Source: Bacteroidales bacterium
GTDB taxonomy: Bacteria > Bacteroidota > Bacteroidia > Bacteroidales > UBA932
Assembly (NCBI GenBank): GCA_015060225.1
Contig: SUYX01000010.1
Span: forward strand, 448 to 64,447
Direction: 5' to 3'
DNA length: 64,000 nucleotides
Shown here piece after piece: positions 38,754 through 48,579 of this stretch. Within the stretch, counting starts at the first letter, position 1; the number at the start of each line of letters is the position of its first letter. The position numbers were made by a program, and so were the translations under genes. The notes beneath the pieces were generated by a model. The model had not been told where the DNA came from. It made no database searches and saw only the letters and a program-made list of their open reading frames with translations.

Positions 38754-39500
38754 TTATTTTGTCTCTTTCTGCAGGTAAAGCATAAGAGCTTTGGCAATTG
38801 AAGGAGCTTCTGGTGTAGGGGCGGTAATGTTTGCAGTAAGGCCGGCTGCGTTTACAGCCTTTGCCACTGCTGGGCCGAAAGTTGCAATCTGCAGCTCTTT
38901 CTGCTCAAAGTCAGGGAAGTTTTCCTGGAGGGACTTTACATCTGAAGGGCTGTAGAATACGGCAATCTGGTATTTGTCCATCTCCACCTCCTTGAGGTCG
39001 CTGTTGATTATCTTTACAAAAGCAGCACTCTCAAATTTGTATTTTGTCTTTGAAAAGAGATTATGAAGGTCTCCTTTCAAATTCTCTGCAGTAGCGGCAA
39101 TGAGGAATTTCTCATCTTTATGCTTGTTGCCTATAAGATCAATAATTGAGGCTGCAGTTCCATTTCCGTAGAAGATTTTTCTCTTGCGGAATACAATGTG
39201 TTTCTGCAGGTATACGGCAGTAGCCTCTGAGTTGCAGAAGTATTTCATCGTTTCAGGGACAGTTATCCTTAATTCCTCACACAACTTGAAAAATGCATCA
39301 ATGGTGGTCTTTGCGGTAAATACTATCGCCGTAAAATCAAGGATGTTAATTTTTTGGGCCCTGAATTCTTTGGCGGTCAGCGGCTCTACTTTAAAGAATG
39401 GCATGAAGTCTATGTTTACCTTATACTTGCTTTGCAGTTCTGTATAAGGAGAACTGTTCTGTGGAGCTGGCTGTGAAATTAAAATATTTGCAATTTTCAT
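38754..39500 (-). CDS. hemD: Uroporphyrinogen-III synthase family protein
   Basis: 248 aa with N-terminus ILISQPAP, typical of the Bacteroidota HemD-like protein encoded next to rnpA. Confidence 0.65.
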   Translation of the reverse strand: MKIANILISQPAPQNSSPYTELQSKYKVNIDFMPFFKVEPLTAKEFRAQKINILDFTAIVFTAKTTIDAFFKLCEELRITVPETMKYFCNSEATAVYLQKHIVFRKRKIFYGNGTAASIIDLIGNKHKDEKFLIAATAENLKGDLHNLFSKTKYKFESAAFVKIINSDLKEVEMDKYQIAVFYSPSDVKSLQENFPDFEQKELQIATFGPAVAKAVNAAGLTANITAPTPEAPSIAKALMLYLQKETK

Positions 39501-39506
39501 ATCTAA

Positions 39507-40247
39507 CTATCTGAAATTGAGGTACAATAGCATTGCTATAGGCAAAATTTCAAGGGTGCAAATGTACAAAATATAGAAAAAACGAGAAAATCCTTTTGAC
39601 ACAAAAATGCGAAAAATTGTAAAAAAATATAGTAGCGCAACTGGTAATAAGCTGAAAATCATACAGTAACGCATATACCCCATTGGCGCAGAAGAGATTG
39701 ATTTTATTGCAATGAAGCAGCATAAAACCAGTAAATACCAGGTGCATGTATATGTATAGCTTATTTTATGGACAAGTTTGATTACCGGATGCTTGTTTAT
39801 CCATGCCAGAAACTGCAATGAAATTTTCCGGATGAAAAAGAATGCAATGATTGTGGCGAGTATAATTGCAAATCTTATGGGGAGGGTGTATCCGTACCCT
39901 ATTATTTTTGTAGCATATGCAATATTTGCAAACACAAACGACGCGGATAATGTGAGGAAATAGAAAAGGGAGTTGCGGCACATCTGAAGATTGGACTGCT
40001 GATCTATGCCCATCAGTTTTTTATGGTTGAAAATGCCTTGTACCACATTGGAGAGCCCTTTTAGTATCCTCCTGTATGCGAACAGCAGATATGTTACCAA
40101 CAGAACTATTATAATGACATTGGAGATGTCACGGTACGGGTCGCCCAAAGAGATTCCGGCAGGAATCTCTATCTCATGCAAAGCTGTGTAGCTTTCTCTC
40201 CAAAGCTCCCCAACCGGTCTTGTCTGATCTCTCTGTAACCCTATCAT
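39507..40247 (-). CDS. DUF4271-like polytopic membrane protein
   Basis: 246 aa with multiple TM helices. The conserved position upstream of hemD matches Bacteroidota genomes as I recall them. Confidence 0.5.
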   Translation of the reverse strand: MIGLQRDQTRPVGELWRESYTALHEIEIPAGISLGDPYRDISNVIIIVLLVTYLLFAYRRILKGLSNVVQGIFNHKKLMGIDQQSNLQMCRNSLFYFLTLSASFVFANIAYATKIIGYGYTLPIRFAIILATIIAFFFIRKISLQFLAWINKHPVIKLVHKISYTYTCTWYLLVLCCFIAIKSISSAPMGYMRYCMIFSLLPVALLYFFTIFRIFVSKGFSRFFYILYICTLEILPIAMLLYLNFR

Positions 40248-40257
40248 CCCAAAAATG

Positions 40258-40602
40258 TCAGTTTCCCCTTTTGGCCTTATAGCCCAATCCTGTGAGTATA
40301 GTTACAATCTTATCCCTCTGGTCTCCCTGTATAAGTATCTGCCCATCCTTTGCAGAGCCTCCTACCCCACACTTTGTCTTTAGCATTTTTCCAAGATCTG
40401 CAAGGTCATCTTCATTCCCCACAAATCCGTTTACAACGGTAACCTGCTTTCCGCCACGCCCTTTTTTGTCAATGGCTACCACCAGTTTCTGCTCTTTTGG
40501 CGGGAGGGTCTCCACTTGAGGATCCTCCTCCTGCTCAAATTGGAAATCGGGGTTTGTCGAATAGACCATACCAAGTCTGCTTTTCCAGTCATTATTTGCC
40601 AT
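40258..40602 (-). CDS. yciH: SUI1/YciH-family translation initiation factor
   Basis: KKGRGGKQVTVVNGF...LKTKCGVGGSAKDGQILIQGD is typical. The ATG at 40602 is preferred, because the TTG at 40635 lies inside the predicted -7 box. Confidence 0.8.
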   Translation of the reverse strand: MANNDWKSRLGMVYSTNPDFQFEQEEDPQVETLPPKEQKLVVAIDKKGRGGKQVTVVNGFVGNEDDLADLGKMLKTKCGVGGSAKDGQILIQGDQRDKIVTILTGLGYKAKRGN

Positions 40603-40632
40603 AATCAATCTGTTGTTGCACGAAATTTGCTG

Positions 40633-40640
40633 CAAAGTTA
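40633..40640 (-). promoter_or_regulatory. -7 box TAACTTTG for the yciH-DUF4271-hemD-rnpA-yidD operon
   Basis: The minus strand reads TAACTTTG about 31 nt upstream of the ATG at 40602. Confidence 0.35.
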
Positions 40641-40679
40641 CTACATCTTGACGAAACTATGAAACGTCTCTTTTTTTGT

Positions 40680-40687
40680 TATCTTTG
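40680..40687 (+). promoter_or_regulatory. -7 box TATCTTTG for the DUF2723 gene
   Basis: It matches TAnnTTTG and lies 33 nt before the ATG at 40720. Confidence 0.35.
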
Positions 40688-40719
40688 TAGCTTTTAAAAG
40701 AATATTAGGATATATAAAT

Positions 40720-43700
40720 ATGGAATTAAGGAAATTCAAAAGGATAAACAATATTGTGGCGGTTGCCGTGTTGTTTGTTGCTTCATTCACTTATCTCTCT
40801 ACAATTGAGCCTACTGTGAGCTTCTGGGATTGTGGCGAGTTCATTGCATCATCATATAAACTGGAAGTGGGTCATCCTCCAGGAAACCCGGTATTCCAGC
40901 TGATAGCAAGATTCTTTACCCTGTTTGGAGGTCCTGAGGATGCCGCCATGCTTGTAAATGTGATGAGTGCAATGTGTTCTGCATTTACAATTTTTTTCCT
41001 GTACCTTACCATTGTGCATCTTGGAAGGCGTATAGTGGAGAAGACAAGAGGCGTACTCACTCTCCCTTCTGCTATAGGGGTTTTTGGAGCAGGAGTTGTT
41101 GGTGCCCTTGCATACACCTTCTCCGACACATTCTGGTTCTCTGCAGTAGAAGCTGAGGTTTATGCTATGTCATCTCTCTTTACAGCAGTGGTATTCTGGG
41201 CCATGCTCAAATGGGAAGAGGAGGCGGATCTCCCTTATGCCAACAGGTGGATTGTACTCATTGCGTTCCTGATGGGTATCTCAATAGGAGTCCATCTGCT
41301 GAATCTCCTTACAATTCCGGCCCTTGTGTTCATCTATTATTACAAGAAGTATGAGGTTACAGGAAAGAGGACTGTAATGGTACTGCTTCTGTCGGGAGTA
41401 ATATTGGGAGTAATCCTTTATGGTATAATTCCTTATCTTCCAAAGATTGCGGCATATGTGGATCTTGCATTTGTAAACGGTATGGGACTCCCTATGAATG
41501 TGGGGGCAAGCATTTTTGTAATGGCACTCATTGCAGCAGGGTTTTGGGGAATATATTATACTTACCGCAAGAAAAAGGTGCTTCTCAATACAATATTGTT
41601 GTGTGTGACCCTTATTGTTGTGGGATACTCTTCATTTGCCGTTGTAGTTATCCGTTCGTGTGCCAATACCCCTACCAATGAGTACCAGCCCGACAACATG
41701 TTCACACTTGTCAGATATATAGGAAGGGAGCAGTACGGCAGCAATCCGCTAATTTATGGAGAGACTTTCGCATCACAGTACAATGATCTTGAGACTCCGG
41801 AGTATTACAATGTCCTCGACGGCAAATATGTTAAGGTTGAGGGACCATCTGTCCCTTTGTATCCTGCCAACCAGAAGATGTTGTTCCCAAGAATGTGGTC
41901 TTCAGGTGTTGGGGATAATTATGTCCCTTTCTATCAGATGTACACAGAAGGAAAGGGGAGGAATGTGCCGGGGGCAAAATACAAGTTCCCTACCATGAAG
42001 GACAATCTGGAATATTTCTTTGATTACCAGTTGGATTTCATGTATTTGAGATATTTCATGTGGAACTTTGTGGGAAGGCAGAATGACCTGCATGCCACTG
42101 TGCCGGGAGACAAGTTCAAGGGCAATTGGGAAAGTGGAATAAAGTTCATTGATGAAGCAAGATTGGGAGACCAGAGTACAGGTCCTAATTATATAGTTGA
42201 CAGCAAGGCTAAGAACCATTATTACTTCTTGCCTCTGATACTTGGCCTGATAGGTCTGTTCTATCAGCTGAAGAAAGATAACAGGAACTGGGTTGTTACA
42301 ATTCTTCTCTTTATCCTTACAGGAGTTGCCGTTGTTGTTTATCTCAACCAGCCTCCTATGCAGCCAAGGGAGAGGGATTATGCATATGCAGGTTCTTTCT
42401 ATGTGTTTGCAATATGGATAGGACTGGCAGTGATGTGGCTTGCTGATTTTCTTGAAAAGGGCCTGAAAAACAGGACTGTGTGTGCTGCAGTTGCATCATT
42501 TGCATGTGTCCTTGTACCGTTGCAGATGGCATGCGAGAATTGGGATGACCATGACCGCAGCGGCAGATATACTGTTAGGGAATTGGCAACCAATTATCTG
42601 AACACATTGGATGAGAATGCGATTCTTGTTACTCATGGAGACAATGACACATTCCCTCTATGGTATATACAGGAGGTTGAAGGGGTAAGGACAGATGTCA
42701 GAATCATGAACACTTCCCTTATGGGAACAGACTGGTATATAGACCAGATGCAGAACAGGACATATGAATCTGACCCTGTGAAGTTTACCATTCCTCGCAA
42801 ACAGTATCTGTACGGGACCAATGATTATGTGCAGGTATACGACCGTTTCAGCGGGAGACCTGTATTGGGGAAACAGGTAATGGAGATATTCAGGAATCCT
42901 AAGATTGTTGTCCCGATGAGTGACGGCAAAAGTCATGACTATATTCCGGCTTCAAAGATTGCAATCCCTGTAAATAAGGAGAATGTTGCCAAATATGGTA
43001 TTGTGGCAGAAAGGGATATGCCAAAGGTTGCAGATACCGTTATCCTTGATATAAAAGATGGAGCATTTTTGAGCAAGACGGATCTTCTTATCCTTGATAT
43101 GATATGCAATTATGAGTGGGAGCGCCCAATATACTTCCTGCAGCAGGGAGGTGAGGTGAATATTGGGATAAAGGATTATCTGCAGTATGACGGTTTTGCC
43201 TACAAGTTTGTACCATTCAGGACCAAGGTTGCAAAGGGTGATGTTACAGACCAGGTGGATCCAAGGCTCTATGACAGAATAATGAATACATACAAATGGG
43301 AAAGCTTTGCTCAGCCCGATATGAATGTGGATTATCAGAATCTGCTTACTTTCAATAATTTGTGTTCCCCAAGGGAGATTATGACCAATTGTGCAAAATG
43401 GTTGGTGGCAAATGGGGAGAATGAGAAGGCAATAGAGGTGCTGGACAAGATGCAGAGCATTATGCCAGTGGAGAATTTCCCTCTCAATACCTCTGCAATA
43501 TCATCTCTTACAGAGCGTGCAGTCATGGATGCAATTACAGCATATATAGCTGCAGGCGCACTTGAAAAGGGTGTGAAACTTGCAGATGATCTTGTGGCAG
43601 AGACTGAAGAGCACATTGCCCTCTATGGTACAGAGTACAGGGGTGATTTCCTCTCGTCAGAGGACCTTCAGCGCAATCTGTACTACATTTACATGATAGC

Positions 43701-43776
43701 AGACATCTTCAGGCAGAACAACCAGCCTGAACTGGCAAAAAAATATGCAGATATAGTGAACAGCTATCTTGAATAA
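40720..43776 (+). CDS. DUF2723 (TMEM260-like, putative glycosyltransferase) membrane protein
   Basis: 1018 aa. The N-terminus TIEPTVSFWDCGEFIASSYKLEVGHPPGNP is the DUF2723 signature. It has many TM helices and a TPR-like C-terminus. Confidence 0.72.
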   Translation: MELRKFKRINNIVAVAVLFVASFTYLSTIEPTVSFWDCGEFIASSYKLEVGHPPGNPVFQLIARFFTLFGGPEDAAMLVNVMSAMCSAFTIFFLYLTIVHLGRRIVEKTRGVLTLPSAIGVFGAGVVGALAYTFSDTFWFSAVEAEVYAMSSLFTAVVFWAMLKWEEEADLPYANRWIVLIAFLMGISIGVHLLNLLTIPALVFIYYYKKYEVTGKRTVMVLLLSGVILGVILYGIIPYLPKIAAYVDLAFVNGMGLPMNVGASIFVMALIAAGFWGIYYTYRKKKVLLNTILLCVTLIVVGYSSFAVVVIRSCANTPTNEYQPDNMFTLVRYIGREQYGSNPLIYGETFASQYNDLETPEYYNVLDGKYVKVEGPSVPLYPANQKMLFPRMWSSGVGDNYVPFYQMYTEGKGRNVPGAKYKFPTMKDNLEYFFDYQLDFMYLRYFMWNFVGRQNDLHATVPGDKFKGNWESGIKFIDEARLGDQSTGPNYIVDSKAKNHYYFLPLILGLIGLFYQLKKDNRNWVVTILLFILTGVAVVVYLNQPPMQPRERDYAYAGSFYVFAIWIGLAVMWLADFLEKGLKNRTVCAAVASFACVLVPLQMACENWDDHDRSGRYTVRELATNYLNTLDENAILVTHGDNDTFPLWYIQEVEGVRTDVRIMNTSLMGTDWYIDQMQNRTYESDPVKFTIPRKQYLYGTNDYVQVYDRFSGRPVLGKQVMEIFRNPKIVVPMSDGKSHDYIPASKIAIPVNKENVAKYGIVAERDMPKVADTVILDIKDGAFLSKTDLLILDMICNYEWERPIYFLQQGGEVNIGIKDYLQYDGFAYKFVPFRTKVAKGDVTDQVDPRLYDRIMNTYKWESFAQPDMNVDYQNLLTFNNLCSPREIMTNCAKWLVANGENEKAIEVLDKMQSIMPVENFPLNTSAISSLTERAVMDAITAYIAAGALEKGVKLADDLVAETEEHIALYGTEYRGDFLSSEDLQRNLYYIYMIADIFRQNNQPELAKKYADIVNSYLE

Positions 43777-43777
43777 T

Positions 43778-43812
43778 AATAAGGAGGGTCATTATGAGTG
43801 ATCCTCCTTATT
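43778..43812. terminator. Bidirectional terminator overlapping the 3' end of the GH3 gene
   Basis: AATAAGGAGG(GTCA)-TTATGAG-(TGAT)CCTCCTTATT forms a 10-14 bp stem followed by a T-rich tract. It starts 2 nt after the DUF2723 stop (43774-43776) and spans the GH3 stop (43792-43794). Confidence 0.6.
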
Positions 43813-45342
43813 TTGTTTTATACACAACTCCTTTATATATCTGTCATCCTTGTAGAGCCTTGGCACCTTGTTCTGGCCGCCAACTTTACCCCTTTGGCGC
43901 ATCCAGTTGAGGAATGTCCCTTGTGGAAGCACTGAGAGTTCCAGTTGCTTCATTGTAGCGTTGCCGGCACGTTTTGCCTCATAGTCCGAGTTTACCTCTG
44001 TAAGGCATTTGTCCAGGGTTGAAGCAAACAGGGCTGTATCTGCAGGGGGCTCAGAGAACTCGATTGCCCATCTGTGGAATCCTTTTGAGGTTTGGGAGTC
44101 GTCACCCAGTTCCATAAATACGGGGGCCACTGTAAAATCTGAAACGGTGCAGCGGCACTCCTTGCAGGCTTTGGCCAGTGCCTGCTCAGCGTTGGATATC
44201 ATAAGTTCCTCTCCAAAGGCGTTTATACACAGTTGGGTTCTTCCTGTAATTACAATCCTGTGCGGATATGTTGAGGTGAACCTTACACAGTCCCCTATAA
44301 GATATCTCCACAACCCTCCAATTGTGGAGATTACAATTGCGTAGTTTATTCCCGTCTTGACTTCGGCCAGAGTTGGGATCTCCTTTATCTTCCCCTCCAG
44401 TACATCATCCAGAATATCCATAGGGATGAATTCATAAAAGATGCCGTTGTTTACGGTAAGTAGCATCCCTTCTGTCTGTTCTTCATCCTGGAATGCAAAG
44501 TACCCCTCTGATGCATTGTAGTTCTCGAGATAATGCATCTGCCGGCTAGGGATGAGTTTGTGGAATATTGGCCTGTATGGTTCAAATCCTATTCCTCCGT
44601 GCATGAAGAGTTCCATATTGGGCCATACCTGCAGGATGTCACTTTTGCCGGTGTACTCCAGTATCTTGTTCAGCAGCATGAGATTCCAGCTTGGTACTCC
44701 CGAGAAATTTGTAACATTCTCCCTTGCACTCTCCTTGCAGATTGCCGCAAGTTTCTCCTCAAAATCCCCTATGAGGGCCGTTTTTCTGCTGGGGGTACGC
44801 ACCACCTCCACTATTGCAGGGGAATTTCTTAGCAGAAGGGCAGAGAGGTCTCCGGAGAAGATTTTTCCGGTTTTGTCGGGAGTGACACTGCCTCCCAAAG
44901 TAAGGGCTTTCCCAAGGAAAATCCTGCTTTTGGGGTTGTTGTTCACATAACTTGCCAGCATCCTCTTGAACCCTCCGTAATGGGTTACCTGAAGGCTCTC
45001 CATGGAAACAGGGATATATTTGCTTTTGTCTGAACTTGTTCCGCTGGATTTTGCAAACATCCTTACCTTTCCGTTCCACAGTACATAATCCTCCCCCTGG
45101 AGCAATCTGTTTATGTATGGTGCAGTGGCATTGTAATCCCTTATGGGCACCCTCTGCTGGAAATCCTTTATTGTTTTGATGCTGTCAAACCCATGTTCCT
45201 TCCCGAAAGCACACTCCGCCCCATTCCCGATAAGGTTGCGGAACCACTCCATCTGGTATTTCATGGGGTTGGCCCTGCTCAGGTCAATCTCCTTGAGAAG
45301 GTTGTGTGAGTATTTGAGGAATATGCTGTTTATAATGTTCAT
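43792..45342 (-). CDS. GH3-family (acyl acid amido synthetase-like) protein
   Basis: 516 aa with FAKSSGTSSDKSKYIPVS and the overall pattern typical of bacterial GH3 auxin-responsive-promoter family proteins. Confidence 0.75.
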   Translation of the reverse strand: MNIINSIFLKYSHNLLKEIDLSRANPMKYQMEWFRNLIGNGAECAFGKEHGFDSIKTIKDFQQRVPIRDYNATAPYINRLLQGEDYVLWNGKVRMFAKSSGTSSDKSKYIPVSMESLQVTHYGGFKRMLASYVNNNPKSRIFLGKALTLGGSVTPDKTGKIFSGDLSALLLRNSPAIVEVVRTPSRKTALIGDFEEKLAAICKESARENVTNFSGVPSWNLMLLNKILEYTGKSDILQVWPNMELFMHGGIGFEPYRPIFHKLIPSRQMHYLENYNASEGYFAFQDEEQTEGMLLTVNNGIFYEFIPMDILDDVLEGKIKEIPTLAEVKTGINYAIVISTIGGLWRYLIGDCVRFTSTYPHRIVITGRTQLCINAFGEELMISNAEQALAKACKECRCTVSDFTVAPVFMELGDDSQTSKGFHRWAIEFSEPPADTALFASTLDKCLTEVNSDYEAKRAGNATMKQLELSVLPQGTFLNWMRQRGKVGGQNKVPRLYKDDRYIKELCIKQNKEDHS

Positions 45343-45366
45343 CGGGAAGAAAATTCTTTAACAAAT

Positions 45367-46116
45367 TTATGAAAAAATCTGATGCAAGATATCCAGAGAT
45401 TTTATTTCTATTGTGTTCCCAATGTGATGGGAAATGTACTCAATCATTCTTTTTGCGTAACTGAGGCGGAGTTCTCCATTTATCTGAAGTTCCTGATTGC
45501 CGCATTTTGGCTTTGCCAGGTTGGTGGAAGGGGTGTTCATAAGTGCATGGAGCAGTTGGGATTCCCTCTCTCCAATTATTTGTGTGCCGTAAACACCGTT
45601 GCCAAAAGGCAATGCCGTAAATTTGGCGGTTGCCATATCAAAGAGCGGAGTTGCTGCAGTGTAGTTGTCCATTGGCATGAACCCAAGCATCTTGCACAGG
45701 TGGGTAAGGAAATGGATATGAAAATTGGCAACCCCCTCATCTATATGTTCCAGAATCTGTATGGATGAACTTATAAAACTGTAAAGGTGGGGATTGGCCT
45801 CAGATTCCCTTACCGTTCTCCCCAACAATTCACTTATGAAGATTGCTATGCTGCTTTTGTAAATGTCGCTGCGCAAATTGCCCAGATTGTAGGGGGCAAC
45901 AACCTCCTTTACAGTAGGCATTGATTGGGTACCATTACTGTAAGTGACCACATCCAGAATGTTGAGTTTGTGGAGTATAGATATGTTGTTTGATTTCCTG
46001 GATGCCCTGAAATACAGGGAACACCTCCCGGAAGTGTTGGAATAACACTGGACAACAATGCCGGTATCCCCGTGCTTTATTGTGTGCAGTACAACTATCT
46101 GACTCTTTACAAGCAT
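45367..46116 (-). CDS. recO: DNA repair protein RecO
   Basis: 249 aa. The N-terminal OB-fold pattern IVVLHTIKHGDTGIVVQCYS resembles Bacteroidota RecO. Confidence 0.7.
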   Translation of the reverse strand: MLVKSQIVVLHTIKHGDTGIVVQCYSNTSGRCSLYFRASRKSNNISILHKLNILDVVTYSNGTQSMPTVKEVVAPYNLGNLRSDIYKSSIAIFISELLGRTVRESEANPHLYSFISSSIQILEHIDEGVANFHIHFLTHLCKMLGFMPMDNYTAATPLFDMATAKFTALPFGNGVYGTQIIGERESQLLHALMNTPSTNLAKPKCGNQELQINGELRLSYAKRMIEYISHHIGNTIEIKSLDILHQIFS

Positions 46117-46120
46117 TCTG

Positions 46121-46714
46121 CTACAATGTATTGAGGTATTCAGCCAAAGCCCTCATTGCCTTGCCTCTGTGGGAAATGGCATTCTTTTCATCCAAAGATA
46201 TTTCCGCTATTGTACAGTTGTACCCTTGCGGGATGAAAACAGGATCATAGCCAAAGCCTTCAGATCCGCTTTTGGCACGGGCAATCTCCCCCTCCATAAC
46301 TCCCTCAAATGTCCTGGTCTCTCCATCTATGATGAGGGCTACAACAGTTCTGAAACGGGCACTTCTGGAGACTTTTCCATCTGTGGCCTCCACTGCAGAA
46401 AGCTCAGCCAGAAGTTTCTCCATATTTGCATCACTCCCTTTGTCGGGACCTGCATATCTTGCAGTATACACACCGGGAGCCCCTCCAAGTGCATCCACCT
46501 CCAATCCTGTATCATCTGCAAAACAGTTCTTGCCAAATTTGTTCCATAGGTATTCAGCCTTCTGGATTGCATTTTTCTCCAGAGTATCCCCATCTTCAGG
46601 AATTTCTTCTGTCAGGCCCAGGTCTTTTGGCATAATTAGTGCAAATGAATCTCCAAGTGCCTTTTGGGCCTCCACCACTTTGTGACGGTTGCCCGTAGCA
46701 AAAATAATCTCCAT
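46121..46714 (-). CDS. rdgB: Non-canonical purine NTP pyrophosphatase (RdgB/HAM1)
   Basis: 197 aa with FATGNRHKVVE, FADDTGLEVDALGGAPGVYTARY and FGYDPVF. Confidence 0.87.
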   Translation of the reverse strand: MEIIFATGNRHKVVEAQKALGDSFALIMPKDLGLTEEIPEDGDTLEKNAIQKAEYLWNKFGKNCFADDTGLEVDALGGAPGVYTARYAGPDKGSDANMEKLLAELSAVEATDGKVSRSARFRTVVALIIDGETRTFEGVMEGEIARAKSGSEGFGYDPVFIPQGYNCTIAEISLDEKNAISHRGKAMRALAEYLNTL

Positions 46715-46731
46715 AATAAATGTGCTGATTT

Positions 46732-46762
46732 TTTGCCAAAGGTACTAAATTGTATATTTTTG
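46732..46762 (+). promoter_or_regulatory. Promoter TTTG-N19-TATTTTTG for the S41 protease gene
   Basis: -33 TTTG at 46732-46735, a 19-nt spacer, and -7 TATTTTTG at 46755-46762. The ATG is at 46785. Confidence 0.5.
46737..46744 (-). promoter_or_regulatory. -7 box TACCTTTG for the rdgB-recO-GH3 operon
   Basis: The minus strand reads TACCTTTG 22 nt upstream of the rdgB ATG. It interdigitates with the divergent promoter of the S41 protease gene. Confidence 0.35.
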
Positions 46763-46784
46763 TTTTTGCAAAAGGGTAAATAAT

Positions 46785-48398
46785 ATGAAGAATTTTAAAA
46801 TTTTTGCAGCAATTCTGGCTGTTGCCGCAATGACAGCAGTGAGTGGAAATGCACAATCAGGCAATTTCAAGACAGGAAAGGCATTGGAAGTGCAATATAA
46901 TATCCTCAGGGAACTGAGCGTTTCATTCGTAGATACTGTAGATGTGGAGAGACTCACCAACATTGGAATAGATGCAATGTTGAGGTCATTGGACCCATAT
47001 ACAGAATATATTCCCGACGAAAATGAAGAGGATCTGGAGATGATGCGTACAGGGGCATATGGGGGAATAGGATCTGTGATAAGGAAAATAGATTCGGTTG
47101 GCGTACTTATTTCACAGCCATATATAGGATCTCCTGCCCTCAAATACGGATTGGAGCCGGGAGATATCATTCTTGAGATAGATGGGGCCAGTGTAATGCC
47201 GCTTGCTGCAGACGAGTGCAGCAGCAGGATGAAGGGACAGCCAGGCACCCAGGTTAAATTCCTGGTAAAGAAAGGGCGTACAAATCAAACGGAGGAGATA
47301 GTTGTAACAAGGGAAAGGATTCATATATCAGATGTTTCATACAGCGGTATCCTTAGGGATTCTATCGGATATATCAAGCACGACTCTTTTACAGAGGGTG
47401 GTCACAGAGATTTCAGGAAAGCCTTTACAGAACTTAAGGCAAATGGGGCAAAGCACCTCATAATAGACCTCAGAAGCAATGGAGGCGGTCTTGTAGATGA
47501 GGCTGTAAAGATTCTCTCATTGTTCCTCCCAAAAGGGACAACCGTAGTGACAGCAAAGGGTCGTACCCCTAAATCTGAGTTTGCACTCAAGACAGAAACA
47601 GAACCCCTTGACACCCTTATTCCAATAACAGTATTGGTAAATTCGGGGTCTGCATCTGCATCCGAGATTGTTGCAGGTGCAATACAGGACCTTGACAGAG
47701 GTACAATTGCAGGAACCAGAACATATGGTAAAGGTCTGGTACAAGGTTTCAGACCGGTAGGCTATAACGGTAACCTGAAACTCACTACCGCAAAATATTA
47801 CACCCCAAGCGGCAGATGTGTACAGGCAATAGACTACTCCAACAGAAACTCAGACGGAAGTGTAGGCTATGTTCCGGACTCATTGAAAAAGGAGTTCAAG
47901 ACACTTAAGGGGCGTACAGTTTATGACGGAGGTGGGATAACACCCGATACTCTCATAAAAAGTGAAACCTACAGCCGCCCTGCCTACTCTCTTGTAGCCA
48001 ATGATATCTTTGGAGAGTTTGCAATAGAATACTACAAAAAGCACCCTCAGATTGCAAAGGCATCGGAGTTTGCCCTTACCGATGCAGAGTATGAAGAGTT
48101 TGTGAATTTTGCCGCAACCAGGGAATTTGACAGCCGCAGCAGTGCCCAGGCCCAATTGGACCAGATGCTCAAATCTGCAAAATCAGAAGACCTGTACGAG
48201 CCGTACAAGGTAGAATTTGATGCATTGGAAAAGAAACTCTCCATCTCAAAAGAGGAGATGCTGAGGGTAAAGAAAGCTGAATTCAAGCCTCTGCTTGAAG
48301 AGGAGATAGTCTATAAATATTACTGTGCACCAGGCAGGATTGAATCAATTATCCGCAACGATGTACAGCTGCACAAGACTCTGGATCTGATAAAATAG
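46785..48398 (+). CDS. S41-family carboxy-terminal processing protease
   Basis: 537 aa with a signal peptide, a PDZ domain (GLEPGDIILEIDG) and the S41 core (IIDLRSNGGGLVDEAV, NSGSASASEI). Confidence 0.85.
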   Translation: MKNFKIFAAILAVAAMTAVSGNAQSGNFKTGKALEVQYNILRELSVSFVDTVDVERLTNIGIDAMLRSLDPYTEYIPDENEEDLEMMRTGAYGGIGSVIRKIDSVGVLISQPYIGSPALKYGLEPGDIILEIDGASVMPLAADECSSRMKGQPGTQVKFLVKKGRTNQTEEIVVTRERIHISDVSYSGILRDSIGYIKHDSFTEGGHRDFRKAFTELKANGAKHLIIDLRSNGGGLVDEAVKILSLFLPKGTTVVTAKGRTPKSEFALKTETEPLDTLIPITVLVNSGSASASEIVAGAIQDLDRGTIAGTRTYGKGLVQGFRPVGYNGNLKLTTAKYYTPSGRCVQAIDYSNRNSDGSVGYVPDSLKKEFKTLKGRTVYDGGGITPDTLIKSETYSRPAYSLVANDIFGEFAIEYYKKHPQIAKASEFALTDAEYEEFVNFAATREFDSRSSAQAQLDQMLKSAKSEDLYEPYKVEFDALEKKLSISKEEMLRVKKAEFKPLLEEEIVYKYYCAPGRIESIIRNDVQLHKTLDLIK

Positions 48399-48425
48399 GG
48401 CCAGTGGGGGGAAGAAAAAAAGAAA

Positions 48426-48481
48426 ATGCCAAAAAGAGAAAAACTTGCACCTTATGATGCAAGTTTTTCTCTTTTTGGCAT
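48426..48481. repeat. Perfect 24-bp inverted repeat (hairpin with an 8-nt loop); possible terminator of the S41 protease gene
   Basis: ATGCCAAAAAGAGAAAAACTTGCA (48426-48449) pairs with TGCAAGTTTTTCTCTTTTTGGCAT (48458-48481) with no mismatch. Confidence 0.8.
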
Positions 48482-48558
48482 AGAGCAGACCCGAAAGGCA
48501 GTAGTTTTGTGTAAAGAAATAAGTCCACAAAATAAGTGGATTTTTAAAATTATTATAT

Positions 48559-48566
48559 TACTTTTG
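48559..48566 (+). promoter_or_regulatory. -7 box TACTTTTG for higBA
   Basis: It matches TAnnTTTG and lies 14 nt before the higB ATG. Confidence 0.35.
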
Positions 48567-48579
48567 CAAAACAAGAACA

